Shown here: positions 25,537 through 32,000 of the stretch, in pieces
How the letters are laid out: every line of letters starts with the position of its first letter
Numbering within the stretch: the stretch's first letter is position 1
Source of the DNA: an uncultured Erysipelotrichaceae bacterium
Lineage (GTDB): Bacteria; Bacillota_I; Bacilli_A; Erysipelotrichales; Erysipelotrichaceae
Direction: 5' to 3'
Assembly: GCA_942493105.1 (NCBI GenBank)
Contig: OW818668.1
Coordinates: 330,001 to 362,000, forward strand
Length of the DNA stretch: 32,000 bases
The notes under the pieces: generated by a model
The model's input: the letters and a program-made list of their open reading frames with translations, nothing else
Databases searched by the model: none
Told to the model about the DNA's origin: nothing
Program-made: the position numbers and the translations under genes

Positions 25537-26706
25537 GTGGACTTAACTACCAATATTGTATTGAATACCTATTCAATCATCATATTATTTGTTTTGTTTT
25601 TTCACTCTCTTAAGCAAAGTGATAAAAACTCTCTTAAATATAAACTCTTTCTAAGTATCATTGTTGCTACAATGATCACTTTGTTATTTGATTCTTTAGC
25701 ACGGCTTGATGGTTACCCAGAGACAATCTTTCCAATATTGAATCGTATGGGAAACTTTATCATTTTCTTGATTGCACCCGTACTTCCATCAATCTGGGTC
25801 CTTTATGTCCATGATGAGATCTTTCATGCTGTTTCTAAAACCAAGAAATTAGTTTTACCGCTCTTTATGATTTTTGGGTTCAATGCAGTGCTTTTGATTT
25901 TATCTCAATTTACACACTGGTATTATTTTATTGATGCCCAGAATATTTATAAGCGTGGTCCATTCTATTTTGTATCAGCTTTGTTTACTATTTTATTAAT
26001 GCTCATTGCCTTCATCATGATTGTTAAAAACAAAAAGGTGATTGATAAAAAGCACTATAATGGATTGATTCTGTTTGCAGCTCCTCCTTTTATAGCAATC
26101 ATTATCTCGATTATTTTCTATGGACTTTCATTGATGCTCAATAGTCTCGTCTTATCTATTTTGATCTTAGCCCTCTATATTCAAAACCAAGATATCAACA
26201 CCGATTATTTAACGAAAATCAACAATCGTAAACGTCTTGATCAATATATTGAAGAGAAGATCAAGATGAGTTCTAAAGGCAGAACATTTTCAATCATCAT
26301 GATTGATATAGATAACTTTAAAAGTATCAATGATCGCTTAGGCCATGATATGGGAGATCAAGTCCTGAAGGATACAGCTCAACTTCTTAAATCATGCATA
26401 CGATCTGTGGACTTCGTAGGTCGTTATGGAGGAGATGAGTTTTATATCGTTTTAGATATCTCGCAAAGAAGCGAACTCATGATCGTTGTAGACCGTATCC
26501 AACACAAACTTGAAGAGTATAATACAAAACACCAACTTCCCTATCAATTGGTCATAAGTATGGGTCTTGACATCTATGATCCATCCTCCAAAATGTCCGT
26601 CGAGGAATTTCAAAAACATATTGACCAACTCATGTATCAGAATAAAAGAGCCAATCAAATGAATAATATGAATTCTAATTTATCAAAAGAAGCCAGTATT
26701 CAGTAA
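25537..26706 (+). CDS. Membrane-bound diguanylate cyclase (polytopic N-terminal sensor + GGDEF domain with I-site)
   Basis: RYGGDEF active site, with RSVD five residues upstream (the RxxD I-site). About 8 TM segments N-terminally. The preferred start is GTG 25537, 5 nt after GGAGG; the track start at ATG 25426 lacks an RBS. Confidence 0.85.
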   Translation: MDLTTNIVLNTYSIIILFVLFFHSLKQSDKNSLKYKLFLSIIVATMITLLFDSLARLDGYPETIFPILNRMGNFIIFLIAPVLPSIWVLYVHDEIFHAVSKTKKLVLPLFMIFGFNAVLLILSQFTHWYYFIDAQNIYKRGPFYFVSALFTILLMLIAFIMIVKNKKVIDKKHYNGLILFAAPPFIAIIISIIFYGLSLMLNSLVLSILILALYIQNQDINTDYLTKINNRKRLDQYIEEKIKMSSKGRTFSIIMIDIDNFKSINDRLGHDMGDQVLKDTAQLLKSCIRSVDFVGRYGGDEFYIVLDISQRSELMIVVDRIQHKLEEYNTKHQLPYQLVISMGLDIYDPSSKMSVEEFQKHIDQLMYQNKRANQMNNMNSNLSKEASIQ

Positions 26707-26729
26707 ATAAATTCTAGAAAATATCAAAG

Positions 26730-26759
26730 GAAAATGCCGTATGGCATTTTCTGCTTTTA
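26730..26759 (+). terminator. Rho-independent terminator of the GGDEF gene
   Basis: GAAAATGCC-gtat-GGCATTTTC followed by TGCTTTTAT. Confidence 0.75.
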
Positions 26760-26816
26760 TAGTTTGATGCAACTTTTTGTATGTTATCGGTGCTTTATCG
26801 ACTCCTTGCCTTGATT

Positions 26817-26865
26817 GTGTGAAGGCGGTGTGAACTTAGCTGATAACGGTTTATAGGGTGTGGAA
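26817..26865 (+). repeat. Three phased direct repeats GTGTGAA / GTGTGAA / GTGTGGAA upstream of csbD
   Basis: Copies start at 26817, 26828 and 26858, spaced 11 and 30 bp. The last copy abuts the -35 region. Confidence 0.4.
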
Positions 26866-26866
26866 G

Positions 26867-26875
26867 TGCTATGAT
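26867..26875 (+). promoter_or_regulatory. Extended -10 element TGcTATGAT for csbD
   Basis: Seen directly. AGGAGG RBS at 26882-26887 and ATG at 26894. The -35 is poor. Confidence 0.4.
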
Positions 26876-26893
26876 GTGCCCAGGAGGTAACCT

Positions 26894-27199
26894 ATGAATA
26901 ATCTAAAAGAAAACTCAGAAAAATTAGAATCGAATATAAAGAACACAGGAGAAAAAATTGTGAACAAAGCTCAAGACGTTATACATGATGCTTCCGCCAA
27001 GATTGAAAGTTCTACCACTCAAATCAAAGGTAAAATGAAACAAGCCGAAGGTAAGATTAAAATGGATATCGGCAAAATGACAGACAATCCTAAATTACAA
27101 GCTGAAGGAATGGCTGATAAGGCTGTCGGCGTTGCTGAAGAAGTCAAAGGTAAGATTCAAGAATCCATCGCAGACGTCAAACACAATCTAAAGAAATAA
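26894..27199 (+). CDS. csbD: CsbD-family general stress protein
   Basis: 101 aa. GKMKQAEGKIK...TDNPKLQAEGMADKAVG..EEVKGKIQE matches the CsbD repeat pattern. Confidence 0.8.
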   Translation: MNNLKENSEKLESNIKNTGEKIVNKAQDVIHDASAKIESSTTQIKGKMKQAEGKIKMDIGKMTDNPKLQAEGMADKAVGVAEEVKGKIQESIADVKHNLKK

Positions 27200-27226
27200 T
27201 GTCTTGATGTATTATTGATTAACATA

Positions 27227-27269
27227 TAAAAGATTGAATCTGTACCTAATACAGATTCAATCTTTTTTT
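27227..27269. terminator. Strong bidirectional terminator
   Basis: 14-bp perfect stem AGATTGAATCTGTA-cctaa-TACAGATTCAATCT, flanked by AAAA and TTTTTT. Confidence 0.85.
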
Positions 27270-27312
27270 ATTATACTTTTCATGATGAGATGATCACATT
27301 TATAGATATTCT

Positions 27313-28002
27313 CTAGACGATAAATAAGGATAAAACAATAACAAGCACAATGGCTGGAATGGCATTCGCTGCCTTGATTTGAGCCATCTTACTCATTTGT
27401 GCGCCTATCATGATGGTTACAATCCCTCCCACAGCCAGAAAGTTCCCCAATACGTAAGGTGTCATTAAAGGTGAGAAAAAACCAGCACATATATAAACAA
27501 TCAATAGAATGATGATTTGTGGAATGCTGACTAACGCAATAGAATATCCAATAATTGATGAGAATATGACGGCTGTTGAGAAATCCAATACTGATTTTGA
27601 CAGTAATATGGAAGGATCTCCTGTGAAGCCTTCTTCAAGAGCTCCAAAAATACCAGTTCCACTAACACAAAAGGCCACCATAGCCATCACTAATAATTCG
27701 ATTGCTAAGGTGCTGGTTTCTTTGTTTTGGCTACCTTTCTTAATGACCCACAGTGAAATTCTTTCAAGCTTATCTTCAATATCTAAAAGCTCACCTAAGA
27801 TGGATCCTGTGATCAAAGACAAGATGACGACAGTTAAGTTCTTTGTATCAACAACTTTTAGAATCCCCATCGCAATGGCTGCGAAGCCAAAGACGGTTGG
27901 GAGACGATCTTTGAGTCGTTGAGGGACTTTGTGACCAGCGAATCCACCAATTATTCCACCCATCAATACTGAAAATGCATTGAAAATAATTCCAATAGGC
28001 AT
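27313..28002 (-). CDS. DUF554-family membrane protein (YdfK/YqgA-like)
   Basis: MPIGIIFNAFSVLMGGIIGG N-terminus and overall hydrophobic pattern. GGAG precedes ATG 28002; ATG 28014 is also possible. Confidence 0.7.
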   Translation of the reverse strand: MPIGIIFNAFSVLMGGIIGGFAGHKVPQRLKDRLPTVFGFAAIAMGILKVVDTKNLTVVILSLITGSILGELLDIEDKLERISLWVIKKGSQNKETSTLAIELLVMAMVAFCVSGTGIFGALEEGFTGDPSILLSKSVLDFSTAVIFSSIIGYSIALVSIPQIIILLIVYICAGFFSPLMTPYVLGNFLAVGGIVTIMIGAQMSKMAQIKAANAIPAIVLVIVLSLFIV

Positions 28003-28085
28003 GTTGATCTCCATAGATTAATGGTTGTAAGATCTAAGATCTTTAACATTAATGCTTTTATAGTTTCTTAAGTATATGCTTATGC

Positions 28086-28880
28086 TTAGAGTCTGGCTGG
28101 ATTATAAATAATAGACCCGCCATCTTTTTCATAGCGTAGGCCTGAACCTGCAAAGGTCTGTGTAAGTGTACCTAATTCAGGATGAGCAATGATCTCTTTT
28201 GCGCATGATATTTTACGCATGATCATGTCAGAGGCAACAGGTGTAGGGAGATGTCCAGGAAAGATCCGTGATATCTTCAAATTCTGTTGAGCAAGTCGTG
28301 TCAACGCATTCAGATAAGTCGTTAAGCTTTCACAATGATCTAGATACATCCAAGTATCCCCATTGGTTAAAACATCGCCCGCAAACAAAGCTTTTGTTTG
28401 TTCATCATACAAACTAATGCAACCAGGAGTATGTCCAGGCAATGCATAAACTTTGAGCGTTCTTTCTCCAAGATCAAGAATATCTCCATCCTTGATATCA
28501 AGTGTTGCTGGTTGACCTGTAATGAACTCACCTTTGATTTTATCAACATCATTTCCTATCATAAATCGAACATCATTGACTCTAAAATCAACTGTACACA
28601 TCTGTTTACTGATCTCTAAATCTTTATGACTCATATAGATTGGGACATCCGCAAATTCACCATTGCCTCCCGCATGATCAGGATGACCATGGGTATTGAT
28701 GACGATCAAAGGTAAATCCGTAATCGTTCTAACATAAGCTCTCAAAGAACCGATGCCCATTCCAGTATCGATCAATGCTGCTTTCTTAGTGCCACATACC
28801 AAATACATTTGTTCACTGGATGGAGCGGATATCGCATACACACCATCTCCAAAATCTAAATGCAGAAACTTTACTTCCAT
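28086..28880 (-). CDS. MBL-fold metallo-hydrolase
   Basis: THGHPDHAGG (HxHxDH) zinc motif, with downstream LPGHTPG and GD..T. 264 aa. Confidence 0.85.
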   Translation of the reverse strand: MEVKFLHLDFGDGVYAISAPSSEQMYLVCGTKKAALIDTGMGIGSLRAYVRTITDLPLIVINTHGHPDHAGGNGEFADVPIYMSHKDLEISKQMCTVDFRVNDVRFMIGNDVDKIKGEFITGQPATLDIKDGDILDLGERTLKVYALPGHTPGCISLYDEQTKALFAGDVLTNGDTWMYLDHCESLTTYLNALTRLAQQNLKISRIFPGHLPTPVASDMIMRKISCAKEIIAHPELGTLTQTFAGSGLRYEKDGGSIIYNPARL

Positions 28881-28882
28881 GG

Positions 28883-29767
28883 TTATTTCCTCAATGTTTC
28901 TTTAAAGAATTCAAATACTTTATCGCTCATGACTTCTTCATCATACCACGGGTTTCCATGATGACCTTGTCCACTAAATATTTCCAAGGTCACTTGACCA
29001 CCAGCTTTCTTTATGGCACTCGCAAAAGTCAAAGATTGTTGCACAGGTACGATTGGATCTGCATCACCATGATGAATCAAAAAGACCGGCAGATTCTTCT
29101 TGAGATGGGTTGAAGGTGTAGCTAATTTAACCAACTCTAGAATTGTGGTGATGGGTGCTCCCATAATTCTTGATTCAGGAGACAGCGGATCATTATGATC
29201 CGCTTCACCAAGTCTGTTTAAGCGTAGTGCCGGATCCATTTCTAAAAAATTACCAGAAGGACCACACCAATCGACCACAGCTTGAACACTACTGCTAAAA
29301 TCGGCATACCCCATATCTAGATCTTCAAAAGCCGGCTCATCATTGGTTGCCCCAAGCATAGAGACAATGTAGCCTCCCGCTGAAGGCCCCCAAACACCGA
29401 TTTTATCTGTCATAAGATTATAATCATGAGCATGCGCTCTAATGAAACGAATGGCTGCTTTAGCATCCCAAATCAGTGCAGGAAATCTTGCTTCTTGACT
29501 CATTCGATAACTGACACTGATGATGGCATAACCTTTATCCAAGCCTCTAAGCATGGGTCTTAAATTGATGTCGCGCTGAGTCCCAAACAGAAAGGCTCCT
29601 CCATGAAAATGAACGATGACTGGATATGGACCTTTTGAATCCGGTAAATAAATATCCAATACTTGAGAAGGTGAATCACTACAATAAGGCACATCCAGAT
29701 ATTTATGAGATAGTGCATCCAGATCTTCTTGAGGAAGTCTAGGGATGATGATTTTTGGATCTTCCAT
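28883..29767 (-). CDS. Alpha/beta-hydrolase esterase (HGG-type, lipase/esterase family)
   Basis: HFHGGAF oxyanion motif, GPSAGG nucleophile elbow, C-terminal HHGDADPIV and GQGHHG. Confidence 0.8.
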   Translation of the reverse strand: MEDPKIIIPRLPQEDLDALSHKYLDVPYCSDSPSQVLDIYLPDSKGPYPVIVHFHGGAFLFGTQRDINLRPMLRGLDKGYAIISVSYRMSQEARFPALIWDAKAAIRFIRAHAHDYNLMTDKIGVWGPSAGGYIVSMLGATNDEPAFEDLDMGYADFSSSVQAVVDWCGPSGNFLEMDPALRLNRLGEADHNDPLSPESRIMGAPITTILELVKLATPSTHLKKNLPVFLIHHGDADPIVPVQQSLTFASAIKKAGGQVTLEIFSGQGHHGNPWYDEEVMSDKVFEFFKETLRK

Positions 29768-29769
29768 GC

Positions 29770-30744
29770 TTATTCAACCGCCAGTTTCTTAACTTTTTTG
29801 GCTTGTTCTTTTTGATAGATATCAAAGCCTACAGCACCTAATAAAACCATGCCTTTAATGACATATTGAACATAAGTCCCCATATTGATCAGTTGCATCC
29901 CATTGCCCAATACACCTAAAAGTAAGACCCCAACCACCACGCCTCCTATTTTACCTTCACCTCCAACAAACGATATGCCACCTAAAATAGCGGCAGTCAT
30001 ACAAGTAAATTCAGTACCTGGACCAGTTGAGGATTGAGCTGATCCAGATCTAGCAAACAGAATCATCGCAGCTAAAGCCACAATGAAACCACAAATCGAG
30101 AAGACGATCAACTTCATCCGTTTAACGTTGATTCCAGCTAAACGAGCTGCTTCCTGATTAGAACCCAAGGCATAGACATATCTTCCAAAATAAGTTCTAT
30201 TTAATACAAAGTTTGCTATAAAGACTACCACCAACATAATGATCACACTGACTGGAATGTATTCAAACACATAACCTTGACCTAGAAACTTAAAGGTTAT
30301 CGGCAAATTGATGATCTGTTTTGAACCTGAAATCGTATAAGAAAGTCCTTGATAAATAGTACTGGTTCCTAGTGTAACGATCAAAGGATGAACACGTAAA
30401 GTATTGGCCATATAACCATTAAACAGTCCTAAACTTGCCCCCAAAACCAATCCAACCGCAACAGCGCCATATACAGGCCAACCTAGATTAATCATCAGGA
30501 TACTTGTGATGACCCCTACCAAAGACATCTGATAGCCTATGGATAAATCCATCCCACCCGAAATCATAATAAAAGATAATCCAACTGCAGCCACAATGAC
30601 ATAGGATTGTTGAACAAAGATGTTGGTTAAATTACTTACAGTTAGAAAGTACGGTGACATCATACTAAAGAAAATACACAAGGCAATAAACAAGATAAAA
30701 ATGATATATTTTCCTGCAAAATTTGATATGGTTTGTTTTTTCAT
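29770..30744 (-). CDS. Sugar (CUT2, ribose-type) ABC transporter permease
   Basis: 324 aa with about 10 TM segments. RbsC/BPD_transp_2-like pattern (GGMDLSIG, ARLAGINV). Confidence 0.85.
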   Translation of the reverse strand: MKKQTISNFAGKYIIFILFIALCIFFSMMSPYFLTVSNLTNIFVQQSYVIVAAVGLSFIMISGGMDLSIGYQMSLVGVITSILMINLGWPVYGAVAVGLVLGASLGLFNGYMANTLRVHPLIVTLGTSTIYQGLSYTISGSKQIINLPITFKFLGQGYVFEYIPVSVIIMLVVVFIANFVLNRTYFGRYVYALGSNQEAARLAGINVKRMKLIVFSICGFIVALAAMILFARSGSAQSSTGPGTEFTCMTAAILGGISFVGGEGKIGGVVVGVLLLGVLGNGMQLINMGTYVQYVIKGMVLLGAVGFDIYQKEQAKKVKKLAVE

Positions 30745-30754
30745 AACCTTCTCC

Positions 30755-32000
30755 TTAGTTAAGTCCAGATGCCAATTCTAGAATACGGTCTTGGGTAAAT
30801 TCTTTCTTATCAAGTTCTCCAGCGATCTTACCTTCATGTAAAATTAGAATTCGATCAGACATCCCAAGCAGTTCTGGCATATCTGAAGTAATCATTAGGA
30901 TTGCTTTACCTTCTTCAGCTAAGCGTACCATCAGATTATATATTTCATGTTTGGCACCTACGTCGATGCCTCTGGTCGGTTCATCAAAAATCAAGATTTC
31001 AGAATTGGTCGCTAAGGTTTTGGCCAATACGACTTTCTGTTGATTGCCTCCGGAAAGATTTTTCGTCATCTGCTCAAGCGAAGGCGTCTTGATATTTAGA
31101 AGGTCTTTATAAGATGATGCTTGCTGAGTTTCTTTATTGGTATTGATGATCCAGCCTTTGGTCAAAGTTTTGATGTTGGCGATGGAGATATTCCATCGCA
31201 CTGTTTTCTCCAGGAAACAGCCTTGAAGTTTTCTATCTTCAGGAATCAAACCAATCCCATATTCAATGGCATCTTTTGGTAAATGAATATGTGCCTTTTG
31301 ACCATGAATCAGAATCTCGCCTTTATCCATTTTATCGGCCCCAAAAATAACACGAGCCAATTCAGTTCGACCACACCCCACTAAACCAGCCAAACCTAAG
31401 ATCTCGCCTTTTCTTAACGAAAAACTGATGTCTTCATCGCCATTCCCATAAAGATGTTTGATCTCCATGATGGTTTCCCCAAGTGAATAGTTTTTATCAG
31501 GATAGGTTTGATTGAGTTCACGACCAACCATAAGCGATATCAATTCTTTGATGTTGGTTTGATTGATGTCTTTGGTTGCGATATATTTTCCATCTCTTAA
31601 AACAGTGACACGATCTGCAATCTCAAAGATTTCTTCCATTCGATGAGAAATATAGATGATGGTGACACCTTTGGCTTTTAATTTCCTAACAATATCAAAC
31701 ATTTTATCAATTTCCGATACTGATAAGGGTGCACTGGGTTCATCCATGATCAAGATCTTTGCGTTTCTGGAAACCGATTTTGCGATCTCAACCAGTTGTT
31801 TTTGAGATGAAGGCAGATTTCGAACCTGTTTTTTAAGATCAAGGGATACACCCATCAGATCAAAGATCTCTTTGGATTTTCGTTCCATTTCCTTGAAGTT
31901 GGCAAGTTTGCCTGTCTTTTCTCCAAAGCAAATATTTTCCGCAACCGATAATGATTCCATTAAATTAAACTCTTGATAAATGACTTCAACCCCTTCGTGT
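30755..32000 (-). CDS. Sugar (CUT2) ABC transporter ATP-binding protein, duplicated ATPase, 5'-truncated by the window edge
   Basis: The frame is open to the window end (..HEGVEVIYQEFNLMESLSVAENI). Second Walker A GLVGCGRTE, signature LSGGNQQK, first-half Walker B ILIMDEP. Confidence 0.85.
   Translation of the reverse strand, partial: HEGVEVIYQEFNLMESLSVAENICFGEKTGKLANFKEMERKSKEIFDLMGVSLDLKKQVRNLPSSQKQLVEIAKSVSRNAKILIMDEPSAPLSVSEIDKMFDIVRKLKAKGVTIIYISHRMEEIFEIADRVTVLRDGKYIATKDINQTNIKELISLMVGRELNQTYPDKNYSLGETIMEIKHLYGNGDEDISFSLRKGEILGLAGLVGCGRTELARVIFGADKMDKGEILIHGQKAHIHLPKDAIEYGIGLIPEDRKLQGCFLEKTVRWNISIANIKTLTKGWIINTNKETQQASSYKDLLNIKTPSLEQMTKNLSGGNQQKVVLAKTLATNSEILIFDEPTRGIDVGAKHEIYNLMVRLAEEGKAILMITSDMPELLGMSDRILILHEGKIAGELDKKEFTQDRILELASGLN

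Noticed and set aside
26760-26893. c-di-GMP or other riboswitch between the GGDEF gene and csbD
   Set aside because: I could not recognise conserved GEMM-I/II or other riboswitch cores, and the likely -10 lies only about 20 nt from the ATG. The region is better explained as promoter-upstream regulatory DNA.
27509-27922. 137-aa plus-strand ORF
   Set aside because: It is antisense to the DUF554 membrane protein, which has a family-typical N-terminus. The antisense product resembles no known family.
28367-29113. ORFs 28367..28552, 28398..28619 and 28820..29113
   Set aside because: They are alternative-frame or antisense ORFs inside the MBL hydrolase and esterase genes.

Overview
Gene-dense, low-GC (by eye) chromosomal segment of a Firmicutes/Mollicutes-like bacterium, mostly transcribed on the minus strand. 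No rRNA, tRNA or CRISPR array was recognised. All coordinates and match counts were made by hand, and no database or HMM search was run. Contents, left to right: (1) the 3' end of a TPM-domain gene. (2) A 1.5-kb IS3-family element inserted in the loop of a terminator shared by two convergent genes; it has a canonical A_AAA_AAG slippery site plus an extra disabling frameshift in orfB. (3) A GH3 beta-glucosidase and several uncharacterised membrane proteins. (4) A flavodoxin / FMN-binding pair. (5) A GH1 6-phospho-beta-glucosidase and an NfsA-like nitroreductase. (6) A tight cluster of aldose-epimerase-like, ThpR, methyltransferase-fold and zinc-ribbon genes. (7) An AbrB-duplication membrane protein. 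(8) An unusual operon at about 15.4-20.0 kb: frameshifted TrxR-like gene, double-CxxC PDO, thioredoxin-like protein, rhodanese, a DUF134::NifX::His-rich fusion regulator, two half-size permease genes and a small membrane protein. (9) A catalytically degenerate RayT/IS200-like protein with a C-terminal HTH, flanked by inverted 17-nt repeats; one repeat fills the spacer of the redox-operon promoter. (10) An ECF sigma / anti-sigma pair. (11) A Zur-box-controlled znuA-znuC-znuB-zur operon. (12) A membrane GGDEF cyclase, a CsbD-like protein and a DUF554 protein. (13) An operon joining a CUT2 sugar-type ABC importer (3' part only) to an esterase and an MBL-fold hydrolase. The most interesting region is 15.4-20.7 kb: the redox/sulfur/permease operon, its two operator-like elements (one a perfect 18-bp palindrome with a Cheo/LexA-box core), and the domesticated transposase-like gene with flanking inverted repeats.
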